Source: Candidatus Saccharimonadales bacterium (GTDB taxonomy: Bacteria > Patescibacteriota > Saccharimonadia > Saccharimonadales > EFPC-124). From it: DNA of 64,000 nt. The number at the start of each line of letters is the position of its first letter. Within the stretch, counting starts at the first letter, position 1. The position numbers and the translations under genes are program-made. Positions 1 through 7,484 of this stretch are shown piece after piece. The stretch covers positions 498,659 through 562,658 of the forward strand of contig DATIBO010000006.1 in the NCBI GenBank assembly GCA_035457485.1, read 5' to 3'. Under the pieces are notes generated by a model. It was not told the DNA's origin. It made no database searches and saw only the letters and a program-made list of their open reading frames with translations.

Positions 1-531
1 GCCTTGGGTGTAGCTATTGCTGAACAAGGCCACACACTTTTAACTGGGGCAACTAGCGGATTGCCACAGTATGCGGCTCGAGGCGCCAAGGACCAAGGTG
101 GACTATCGGTTGGATTTTCGCCGGCCGGGTCGATTCGCGAACATGTAAAATCCTATAGACTGCCCGTAAAAGAATTTGACTACATAAATTTTACCAACAT
201 GGACTACGTTGGTCGCGACACTTACTTGGTGAGATCGAGCGATGCTGTAATCACGGTTGGCGGCAGAAGTGGTAGCTTGCATGAATTTAGCACTGCGATT
301 GAGAGCCACAAAATCTGCGGCATCCTATTAGGTAGTGGCGGTGTGGCGGATTTTATACCAACCTTACTGGATAAAATTCAAATTCACGCAAAAAAAGACG
401 ACATTATCTTTGATACTGATCCAGCCCGCCTAATAAAAACAATTATAGCTAGGTTGGACAAGGAGTATGCCGACTTTAAAGACGAAATCAAGAGTCTTGA
501 GGATCGTCCTAAGAAATCTTTGCGCGGGTAA
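1..531 (+). CDS. LOG/TIGR00725-like (SLOG Rossmann-fold) protein, 5' end outside window
   Basis: The frame is open from base 1 to TAA 529-531. HTLLTGATSGLPQYAARGA...DAVITVGGRSGSLHEFSTAI resembles LOG/DprA-type nucleotide-binding proteins. Codon usage is native (low GC). Confidence 0.55.
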   Translation, partial: ALGVAIAEQGHTLLTGATSGLPQYAARGAKDQGGLSVGFSPAGSIREHVKSYRLPVKEFDYINFTNMDYVGRDTYLVRSSDAVITVGGRSGSLHEFSTAIESHKICGILLGSGGVADFIPTLLDKIQIHAKKDDIIFDTDPARLIKTIIARLDKEYADFKDEIKSLEDRPKKSLRG

Positions 532-547
532 TAATAATTGCGGTATG

Positions 548-572
548 GCGGAGCTCTCGATGAGAGCTCCGC
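548..572 (-). terminator. GC-rich hairpin terminator of cassette 1 (no T-tract)
   Basis: GCGGAGCTCT / AGAGCTCCGC form a 10-bp perfect stem with a 5-nt loop, about 30 nt after the stop of the last peptide ORF. Confidence 0.5.
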
Positions 573-603
573 GTGTTGCTAGAGGTCGAACTGAGCTTCC
601 GAA

Positions 604-738
604 TCAGCTGAAGGAGCGGATGATCAGCAGGCCGCCAACCACGATCAGGACTGCCAGACCCATGACGAGCAGTAGGGGCACTGTTCGGATCCAGTCACGT
701 GGGGTCAGCTTCTTTGACCTGGATTCCTTGCTTGCCAC
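604..738 (-). CDS. small membrane peptide, 44 aa (third ORF of cassette 1, GTG start)
   Basis: Hand translation: (M)ASKESRSKKLTPRDWIRTVPLLLVMGLAVLIVVGGLLIIRSFS*. It is below the 60-aa track cutoff and starts 1 nt after the upstream stop. Third positions are G/C-rich and there is one TM helix. Confidence 0.45.
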   Translation of the reverse strand: MASKESRSKKLTPRDWIRTVPLLLVMGLAVLIVVGGLLIIRSFS

Positions 739-739
739 G

Positions 740-901
740 TCACCACCCACCCAAGGTGTAGCCCCAGGCGATGATGCCGATGCTCAGCAGCAGGCCGCAG
801 ACGCCACACCACTGGAACGGGTACGTCTGGAGCGAGCCCCAGAGCCAGCTCAGCAGCCGACGCGGGTAGTACAGCACGATCTCGAGACCGGGCATAGTCA
901 T
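740..901 (-). CDS. small membrane peptide, 53 aa (second ORF of cassette 1)
   Basis: MTMPGLEIVLYYPRRLLSWLWGSLQTYPFQWCGVCGLLLSIGIIAWGYTLGGW*. ATGA overlaps the upstream stop at 898-901. It is the same frame as track ORF 740-925, and the alternative start is ATG 895. Confidence 0.5.
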   Translation of the reverse strand: MTMPGLEIVLYYPRRLLSWLWGSLQTYPFQWCGVCGLLLSIGIIAWGYTLGGW

Positions 902-1014
902 GCTCCCATCAGGTTGTGGATCCATCCACCTAAGCTGGCGGCGATCCCTTCGGTCAGGGCGACCGAAATCAACATTGTGATGACGGTCGAGCGGAATGTG
1001 CGGAAGGCCCGCAT
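898..1014 (-). CDS. small hydrophobic peptide, 38 aa (first ORF of cassette 1)
   Basis: MRAFRTFRSTVITMLISVALTEGIAASLGGWIHNLMGA*. The ATG lies 6 nt after GAGGAGGTG, and third positions are mostly G/C. Confidence 0.45.
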   Translation of the reverse strand: MRAFRTFRSTVITMLISVALTEGIAASLGGWIHNLMGA

Positions 1015-1165
1015 CTGCGCCACCTCCTCGTAGCTAGGCTACTATACCACTTTTAGGTCACATGGTCTATAGTTGAATATGATCAAATTTTAACCAACTT
1101 TAAACATCTGTCGGACGGCACCATGCATACCTTAACAGGTTAGCGTTTTTAATGTATTACAGATG

Positions 1166-1174
1166 TGGTAACAT
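1166..1174 (+). promoter_or_regulatory. extended -10 box (TGGTAACAT) for a probably leaderless uvrB mRNA
   Basis: A TGn+TAACAT box ends 6 nt before ATG 1181, with no SD in between. Confidence 0.35.
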
Positions 1175-1180
1175 TGTTTT

Positions 1181-3148
1181 ATGACTGGCTCATTTAAGTT
1201 AGTTTCTAAATATCAACCGACAGGCGACCAGCCAACTGCTATCGCTCAGCTTGTTGATGGTTTAAAAAACGGCAAAAAAGAGCAAACTCTGCTTGGTGTA
1301 ACAGGCAGTGGTAAAACGTTCACGATGGCCAATATTGTGGCGCAGCGCCAAGTTCCAACCTTGGTGCTTTGCCATAACAAAACTTTAGCTGCGCAGCTCT
1401 ATAGCGAGTTTAAGCAGTTCTTTCCCGAGGCCGAAGTTCATTATTTTGTAAGTTACTTTGATTACTATCAGCCTGAGGCGTACATGCCTTCGAGCGATGT
1501 TTATATAGAGAAAGACAGTAAGATAAACGAAGAAATCGACCGGTTGCGACACGCCGCAACCAGCGCGCTTTTAACTCGCCGCGATGTTTTGATCGTTGCG
1601 AGCGTGAGTTGTATTTACGGTATTGGATCTGTTGAAGATTATGGTCAGATGGCTATTACTGTCAAAAAGGGAGAACAACGTCGTCAGGATAAACTTTTGC
1701 GCTGGTTAAGCGATATTCAATATACGCGCAATGATATTGATTTTCATCGCAGTACTTTTAGGGTGCGCGGCGATGTTTTAGACGTGTTTCCGGCTGGCAG
1801 TGAGACTGCGTATCGAATTGAATTTTTCGGTGACGAAGTTGACAGGATTACGAATATCGATCCGCTGACAGGGGAAATTATAAAACAGGTTGACCAAGTT
1901 ACAATCTTTCCGGGAAGTCACTATGTGACGCCACGCGAAAAGCTTAACGTTGCGATCGAAAAAATCCGCAAAGAATCCGAAGAACGGGTTAAACTTTTTG
2001 AAAGTCAAGGTAAGCTTCTTGAGGCGCAACGACTACAGCAACGCACTAAGTTCGACCTTGAAATGCTGGAGGAGACAGGGTTTGTAAAAGGCATCGAAAA
2101 CTATAGCCGTTATTTAACAAATCGCGCGCCAGGCGAACAACCTGCTACTTTGATGGATTACTTTCCTGACGATTTTTTGATGTTTGTGGATGAATCGCAC
2201 ATGACTTTGCCGCAGGTTCGTGGCATGTACAATGGTGACCGCGCCCGCAAAGAAGTTTTAGTGGATTACGGCTTTAGGTTGCCTAGTGCGCTCGATAACC
2301 GGCCGCTAACTTTTACGGAGTTTGAGCGCCACGTTAACCAGGTAGTTTACGTTAGTGCAACGCCTGCCGAGTACGAACTAGGTCGCAGTGGCGAACCGGC
2401 ACAACAAATTATTCGCCCAACCGGATTGCTCGACCCACCAATACAAATCCGCAAAATCGATGGCCAGATCGACGACTTGATTGGCGAAATTAAAGACACT
2501 ATAGCAAAAAATCAACGTGTTTTAGTTACAACTTTAACTAAGCGTATGGCCGAAGATCTAACCGAATATCTTAGCGATCTGAACATCAAAGCCACCTACG
2601 TACATTCAGATGTTGATACTTTAGAACGTAGTGATATTCTGCGAGATTTGCGACTTGGAGTTTACGATGTTTTGGTGGGAATTAACTTGTTGCGCGAAGG
2701 TCTGGATTTGCCAGAGGTTAGTTTGGTTGCAATCATGGACGCCGACAAGGAGGGCTTTTTGCGTTCGGCGCCAGCACTTATCCAAACTGTTGGCCGTGCC
2801 GCTAGACACGTCGATGGTCGGGTTATTATGTACGCCGATGTCATTACAAAAAGTATTCAGCAAACCCTAGACGAAACCACTCGTCGCCGCAAAATTCAAG
2901 ATGCCTACAATAAAAAACACGGAATTACTCCGACGGGAGTTAGTAAAGAAATAGAAGAAGGTTTGCGTGCGGTTATTCCTAAAGAAGCCCAAATGGTTAA
3001 GCGTGATATTAACAAGATTCCCAAAGAGGAATATGCTCGAGTCATCAAGGATCTTACGGCTGAAATGGATTTAGCCGCTGCGAATTTGCAGTTTGAAACG
3101 GCTGCCGAATTACGTGATTTGATAAATGAACTTAAATCAAAACAGTAG
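1181..3148 (+). CDS. uvrB: excinuclease ABC subunit B
   Basis: 655 aa with Walker [11 protein letters not shown], helicase motifs and a C-terminal UVR domain ([11 protein letters not shown]). Confidence 0.95.
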   Translation: MTGSFKLVSKYQPTGDQPTAIAQLVDGLKNGKKEQTLLGVTGSGKTFTMANIVAQRQVPTLVLCHNKTLAAQLYSEFKQFFPEAEVHYFVSYFDYYQPEAYMPSSDVYIEKDSKINEEIDRLRHAATSALLTRRDVLIVASVSCIYGIGSVEDYGQMAITVKKGEQRRQDKLLRWLSDIQYTRNDIDFHRSTFRVRGDVLDVFPAGSETAYRIEFFGDEVDRITNIDPLTGEIIKQVDQVTIFPGSHYVTPREKLNVAIEKIRKESEERVKLFESQGKLLEAQRLQQRTKFDLEMLEETGFVKGIENYSRYLTNRAPGEQPATLMDYFPDDFLMFVDESHMTLPQVRGMYNGDRARKEVLVDYGFRLPSALDNRPLTFTEFERHVNQVVYVSATPAEYELGRSGEPAQQIIRPTGLLDPPIQIRKIDGQIDDLIGEIKDTIAKNQRVLVTTLTKRMAEDLTEYLSDLNIKATYVHSDVDTLERSDILRDLRLGVYDVLVGINLLREGLDLPEVSLVAIMDADKEGFLRSAPALIQTVGRAARHVDGRVIMYADVITKSIQQTLDETTRRRKIQDAYNKKHGITPTGVSKEIEEGLRAVIPKEAQMVKRDINKIPKEEYARVIKDLTAEMDLAAANLQFETAAELRDLINELKSKQ

Positions 3149-3248
3149 TTTAGATCGTTGATATTGTAAACTCTTCTGCTGGTCGTAAAATGTGTCCATC
3201 TCACCAAGAGATGCGTTTTAGAGGCTACGATCACCGAGGAGGTGTTTC

Positions 3249-3377
3249 ATGAAGATCATCGCCAAGATTGTGTCGCGCTTCGGTGCGCTGCTCCGGGCCG
3301 ATTGCACCTGCGCATGCTGGCAGTGTACTGTTCAGTCCTCGCACTGTCGCAACAGGTCCAACGGCTGCGTCTACTGA
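3249..3377 (+). CDS. 42-aa cysteine-rich peptide
   Basis: Hand translation: MKIIAKIVSRFGALLRADCTCACWQCTVQSSHCRNRSNGCVY*. It has 7 Cys in the last 24 residues. The ATG lies 4 nt after GAGGAGGTG, and 34/42 third positions are G/C. It is below the track cutoff. Confidence 0.5.
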   Translation: MKIIAKIVSRFGALLRADCTCACWQCTVQSSHCRNRSNGCVY

Positions 3378-3390
3378 TCCTCTATCTGTC

Positions 3391-3428
3391 TGGTGGCAGT
3401 CTCGTGTATGTTCACGGGGCTGCCACCA
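3391..3428 (+). terminator. hairpin terminator of cassette 2 (no T-tract)
   Basis: TGGTGGCAG (3391-3399) pairs with CTGCCACCA (3420-3428), with inner CGTG/CACG pairs. Confidence 0.45.
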
Positions 3429-3469
3429 CGCCTACCAACTTTTAATAATCGAAATTTTATTTTATAATA

Positions 3470-3790
3470 TAGTTGCAACATCGAGACGGGAGCAGTTCGT
3501 GGTTTACTTGAAGGGCAAACCGGGAGTGGATTTCGCGGTTTGTGTCTGTGGCTGCAGGGTTTGTTTGCCGCCGATTTTTGGGCGTCAGCCCGAGACACAT
3601 TGCGCCGAAGCAACTACGGGATGTATGTTTATCGTTCCGAAAGAGGAGGACTCGCAAGAGGCTTACATTCTGCGTCGCACGATCACAGCTCCAACTCGCT
3701 AAGCGATCCGCCCTAGGGTCGAGTCAGGGTTGCGCTTTGCTTAAGGCTTAGTGCGCTCAGGCGGTTGTAGGCGCCGCTATATAAAATGCC
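3470..3790 (+). ncRNA. candidate structured non-coding RNA, family unassigned
   Basis: About 320 nt have no credible ORF and are GC-elevated. A TATAAT at 3463-3468 precedes the block. Stems include CAAACCG/CGGTTTG (3516-3542), GTGTCT..GGCTG/CAGCC..AGACAC (3542-3598) and a CTC-GCAA-GAG tetraloop. gatC has its own promoter downstream, so this is not simply its leader. Confidence 0.2.
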
Positions 3791-3815
3791 TACAAAATCA
3801 CTGAACTTATATCTG

Positions 3816-3844
3816 TTGACGGCCACCCTAACAGTGGTTATACT
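3816..3844 (+). promoter_or_regulatory. gatC promoter TTGACG-17-TATACT (leaderless transcript)
   Basis: The -35 box is at 3816-3821 and the -10 box at 3839-3844. ATG 3852 lies 7 nt after the -10 box with no SD. Confidence 0.45.
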
Positions 3845-3851
3845 AAAGCCA

Positions 3852-4142
3852 ATGAGCAAAATTACTAGCAATGAAGTGCGTAGAATTGCGGCGCTTGCAA
3901 AAATTGCAATTACCGACAAAGAAGCCGAGAAATTCACGGATGAATTGGCTTCTATTCTAAAGTATGTAGAGCAGCTCGATTCAGTTGACACCGAAGGACT
4001 GGAACCAACATATCAGGTTACGGGCTTGGTTAACGTCAATCGAAAAGATGAGCTCCAAAATTACGGCGTAGATCAACAAGGTTTACTAAAAAATGTTCCT
4101 CAAACCAAAGATAACTATATTGAAGTCCCAAAGGTTCTATGA
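3852..4142 (+). CDS. gatC: Asp/Glu-tRNA amidotransferase subunit C
   Basis: MSKITSNEVRRIAALAKIAITDKEAEKF... is a typical GatC N-terminus. The start is moved from track 3786 to ATG 3852, and the stop overlaps the gatA start. Confidence 0.85.
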   Translation: MSKITSNEVRRIAALAKIAITDKEAEKFTDELASILKYVEQLDSVDTEGLEPTYQVTGLVNVNRKDELQNYGVDQQGLLKNVPQTKDNYIEVPKVL

Positions 4143-5554
4143 TTACAATCCCACAGATTACCGATGCTATTAACAAGAAGAAACTATCGGCTCGTGCTGC
4201 CGTTGAACAAGCTCTAAAAAAGTTGCGAGATTCCGCTGAATATAACTTGGTAATTAGCGAATGTGGCGATATGGCCTTAGCTCAAGCCGATGCTATAGAT
4301 GCTAAAATCGCTGCCGGCGAACAAGTTGGTCGGTTGGCTGGCGTGCCTTTTATCGCCAAGGATAACTTTTTGACTTTTGGCGGCGACACAACTGCGGCCA
4401 GTAATATTTTAAAAGGTTTCAAAGCTCCATATCAATCCACCGCAATCGAAAAACTGCAAGCCGAGGGAGCGATTTTAATTGCAAAAGCTAACCTTGATTC
4501 CTTTGGTCACGGCGGTAGTACCGAAAACAGCGACTTTGGCGTAACAAAAAATCCTCACGATAAAACTCGGGTAGCTGGCGGTTCGTCTGGCGGCTCTGCA
4601 GCGGCAGTAGCTCTGGATATTGTGCCTTTTGCGCTAGGCACTGACACTGGGGGTTCTAGTCGTCAGCCTGCGAGTTTTTGTGGAGTTTATGGAATTAAGC
4701 CAACTTACGGAATGGTTTCACGCTATGGGGTTGTGGCTATGGCAAGTAGCACTGACACTGTTGGACTACTTTGCAATACGGCCGAGGATGCCAGCTTGAT
4801 TTATGACATTATAGCCGGTAAAGATCCGCTGGACTCTACTAGTTTGCCTGACAGGCCTAAGAGTTTTTTGGTAAAAGATAATCCTGTGAAATCGCTTAAA
4901 GTCGGAATCATAAAAGAGGCCATGACTGACGTCGTCCAACCCGAAGTTTTAAAAGTTGTTCGCGAGCAAGCCAAACAACTTCAAAAACTAGGTCACGAGG
5001 TAACGGAGGTTAGCGTTCCGTCGAGCATTCTAGCACTGGCGGTTTATTATATTGTGGTGCCTGCCGAAGTCAGTAGTAATCTTAGCCGATACGACGGAGT
5101 GCGTTACGGTTACAGCGACAAAGATGCCAAAACTCTGGACGAGCTTTATGGTTTGAGTCGCGACCATGGTTTTAACGCCGAGAACAAACGTCGAATTTTA
5201 ATTGGTACCTATGTGTTAAGTAGTGGTTACATTGACGCCTATTATCGCAAGGCGCAGACTGTTCGTACAAAATTAATTAACGAGTTTGCCGAGCTTTTTG
5301 CCGATTATGACGTATTGATCTGCCCGGTCGCTCCAACTACGGCTTTTAAAATTGGTGAAAACACGGCTGACCCGCTACAAATGTACTTAACTGATGTCAT
5401 GACGGTTAGTCCGAGCTTGGCAGGTTTGCCGGCAATAAGCGTTCCGGCTGGATTTGACGATAATAATTTACCGATAGGGTTGCAGCTAATCGGCGCGCAA
5501 AAATCTGATCCGTTATTGCTTAGCTTAGCTGCTCAGCTAAAAGGAGCGAAGTAA
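4139..5554 (+). CDS. gatA: Asp/Glu-tRNA amidotransferase subunit A
   Basis: Amidase signature GGSSGGSAAAVA, in gatC-gatA order. Confidence 0.95.
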   Translation: MITIPQITDAINKKKLSARAAVEQALKKLRDSAEYNLVISECGDMALAQADAIDAKIAAGEQVGRLAGVPFIAKDNFLTFGGDTTAASNILKGFKAPYQSTAIEKLQAEGAILIAKANLDSFGHGGSTENSDFGVTKNPHDKTRVAGGSSGGSAAAVALDIVPFALGTDTGGSSRQPASFCGVYGIKPTYGMVSRYGVVAMASSTDTVGLLCNTAEDASLIYDIIAGKDPLDSTSLPDRPKSFLVKDNPVKSLKVGIIKEAMTDVVQPEVLKVVREQAKQLQKLGHEVTEVSVPSSILALAVYYIVVPAEVSSNLSRYDGVRYGYSDKDAKTLDELYGLSRDHGFNAENKRRILIGTYVLSSGYIDAYYRKAQTVRTKLINEFAELFADYDVLICPVAPTTAFKIGENTADPLQMYLTDVMTVSPSLAGLPAISVPAGFDDNNLPIGLQLIGAQKSDPLLLSLAAQLKGAK

Positions 5555-5976
5555 TGGTTATGGATGAAGTTTTAATTACCTTTTTGGCAGTTGCGCTTGT
5601 TATTGCTCTAGCTCTATTTATTTACATCGGTGTGTTTGGCAAAAAACATAGTTCACTTGACCGCGACTACTACCAACGTCAGTGGGCAATTATCAATCGC
5701 CAGCTCGACGGAAGTCAGGCAGAACTACATCAAGCTGTTTTTGAAGCCGATAAGCTCTTAGATCGTGCCCTAAAAGAAAAAGGAATGCGCGGTCAAACCA
5801 TGGGTGATCGATTAAAAAGTGCTAAAACCTTATTTAGTAATAACAACGCCGTTTGGCAAGCTCATAAAATGCGAAATCGTTTAGCTCATGAGACAGGAGT
5901 TAGATTTACGCAGGGTGAAGTCCGCGGGGCAATGACTAGTTTTAAAACCGGCTTAAAAGATTTAGGTGCGCTATGA
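5554..5976 (+). CDS. hypothetical N-terminally TM-anchored protein inserted between gatA and gatB
   Basis: 140 aa with an N-terminal hydrophobic helix. It is translationally coupled on both sides (TAATG, ATGA). Confidence 0.6.
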   Translation: MVMDEVLITFLAVALVIALALFIYIGVFGKKHSSLDRDYYQRQWAIINRQLDGSQAELHQAVFEADKLLDRALKEKGMRGQTMGDRLKSAKTLFSNNNAVWQAHKMRNRLAHETGVRFTQGEVRGAMTSFKTGLKDLGAL

Positions 5977-7430
5977 AAAATCTAGAAAATTATGAACCAA
6001 CTATCGGAATCGAATGTCATGTCCAGCTAAGTACTGCGACAAAGTTATTTTCGGGTGCGAGCAACGACGACAGGGGTCAAGCTCCGAACACCGTAGTTTC
6101 ACCTATTTGTTTTGGGTTACCCGGTACTTTGCCGGTATTGAACGAACGCGCCGTGGAACTTGCCATTAGGGCCGGCCACGCACTAAACGCAAAAATTGCC
6201 ACGGTTAGCAGTTTTGATCGAAAACATTATTTTTATCCAGATCTACCAAAAGGCTATCAGATTACACAGCTTGATCGCCCGATCGTTGGTGAGGGTAAGA
6301 TTAAAATTAAAGCCGACGGGCGCGAAATCGAAGTGCGGATTAACCGTGCACACCTCGAAGAAGACGCTGGTAAGTTGACTCACCCGAGCGGTGCTGCCTA
6401 TAGCCTAGTTGACCTAAACCGGGCGGGAACTCCTTTGCTCGAGATTGTAAGTGAGCCAGACATGCATAGTGCAGCTCAGGCTAAAGCATATGCCGAAGAA
6501 CTTTATTTGCTTATGAAATATGCGGGAGTGACTCGTGGCGACCTGCAACATGGTAATATGCGTTTTGATGTCAATATTTCGGTTGCAAAAAAAGGTGCAG
6601 ATAAATGGGGCACGCGCGTAGAAATTAAAAACCTAAATTCGTTTAGGGCCGTCGAGCGAGCTGTTGAATATGAAGTCAAACGTCACGTCGAGCTCGTCGA
6701 AAAAGGCGAAAAAATTCGTCAGGAGACTCGTGGTTGGGACGACGCCAAGCAAAAAACAATCAGTCAACGCAGCAAAGAAGAAGCTATGGATTATCGCTAT
6801 TTCCCTGAGCCCGATCTGCCACCGATTGAACTGAGCGTGGGCCAGATCAAAAAGGTTGTAGAATCTATGCCAAAACTGCCGCCGCAACTTAGATTCGAGC
6901 TTGAAAGTAAAGGAATCGAAAAATCAATTGCCGAGACACTAATTTTGCAGGACGCACTGACAAATGCGAATTATGTATTTACTGTACTGGGGGTCGGGGA
7001 AAAATCTGGCACGAAAGCGGCGCAGTTTGCGGCAAACTTTTTGGTGAATCGTGATATTAAACAGCGTCAGGAAACAGAAGAAAACTTGGCGATCGCAGAC
7101 GTAAGCCAGTTTAGTGATGTTTATCAGATGTTTAGCGCCAATGAACTTAGTTCAAATGCTGCCGACCAGCTGTTATTTGCGCTTAGGGGTAACGCTGGGG
7201 CTGACGCCAGAGCAGAGGCGAATGCTCTTGGATTGGTTCAGGAAAACGACGAAGATGCTATGCGCCAAATTGTGAACGAAGTCTTGCAGGCTAATGTAAA
7301 AGCCGCCGAAGATGTTAAAAATGGCGAGCTCAAAGCGATTGGCTTTTTAGTTGGCCAGGTCATGAAAGCAAGTAAAGGCAAAGCAAACCCCGAGCTTGCT
7401 AAAAGCCTGATCCAAGATCTACTAAAATAG
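5973..7430 (+). CDS. gatB: Asp/Glu-tRNA amidotransferase subunit B
   Basis: YEPTIGIECHVQL...FDRKHYFYPDLPKGYQITQ plus a C-terminal GatB/YqeY domain. Confidence 0.95.
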   Translation: MKNLENYEPTIGIECHVQLSTATKLFSGASNDDRGQAPNTVVSPICFGLPGTLPVLNERAVELAIRAGHALNAKIATVSSFDRKHYFYPDLPKGYQITQLDRPIVGEGKIKIKADGREIEVRINRAHLEEDAGKLTHPSGAAYSLVDLNRAGTPLLEIVSEPDMHSAAQAKAYAEELYLLMKYAGVTRGDLQHGNMRFDVNISVAKKGADKWGTRVEIKNLNSFRAVERAVEYEVKRHVELVEKGEKIRQETRGWDDAKQKTISQRSKEEAMDYRYFPEPDLPPIELSVGQIKKVVESMPKLPPQLRFELESKGIEKSIAETLILQDALTNANYVFTVLGVGEKSGTKAAQFAANFLVNRDIKQRQETEENLAIADVSQFSDVYQMFSANELSSNAADQLLFALRGNAGADARAEANALGLVQENDEDAMRQIVNEVLQANVKAAEDVKNGELKAIGFLVGQVMKASKGKANPELAKSLIQDLLK

Positions 7431-7484
7431 CCGCGATGGCTGTATAATTTGGATAACTACTTATAAAATGGAGGGTAGTTTTTT

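Larger units (their letters stand above)
541..1035 (-). other. GC-rich foreign-looking cassette 1 (three-peptide mini-operon)
   Basis: Composition jumps: line 781-840 has 41/60 G+C versus 26/60 in uvrB line 1181-1240. The block is bounded by SD GAGGAGGTG (revcomp of 1021-1029) and GC hairpin 548-572. Confidence 0.7.
3226..3428 (+). other. GC-rich foreign-looking cassette 2 (Cys-rich peptide)
   Basis: Local GC rises (line 3301-3360 has 34/60). It contains SD GAGGAGGTG 3236-3244, a 42-codon ORF and hairpin 3391-3428. A possible promoter is TTGTAA(3164-3169)-16-TAAAAT(3186-3191). Confidence 0.55.

Noticed and set aside
467-1033. 188-aa plus-strand ORF spanning cassette 1
   Set aside because: It runs through the 548-572 hairpin, has no SD and is Arg/Pro/Ala-rich with poor third-position bias. 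The minus strand instead has an SD-led, coupled three-peptide arrangement with a terminator. It is a typical shadow frame in GC-rich DNA.
3242-3702. Track ORFs 3242-3445 (67 aa), 3268-3702 (144 aa), 3542-3751 and the minus-strand ORFs 3371-3657
   Set aside because: Their starts fall inside or before the SD. They read through the terminator hairpin and the AT-rich promoter tract. Their compositions are Arg/Cys-rich and unlike real proteins. The SD-positioned 42-codon frame explains the 5' part, and the remainder looks non-coding.
3470-3790. Assignment of the structured block as tmRNA, RNase P RNA, SRP RNA, a T-box or a known riboswitch
   Set aside because: I could not find the diagnostic cores on either strand: GAGGAAAGTCC/ACAGAA for RNase P, tRNA-like ends and a tag ORF for tmRNA, GGAA/AGCA helix-8 for SRP, the T-box 14-mer, or riboswitch consensus boxes. 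It is kept only as an unassigned candidate.
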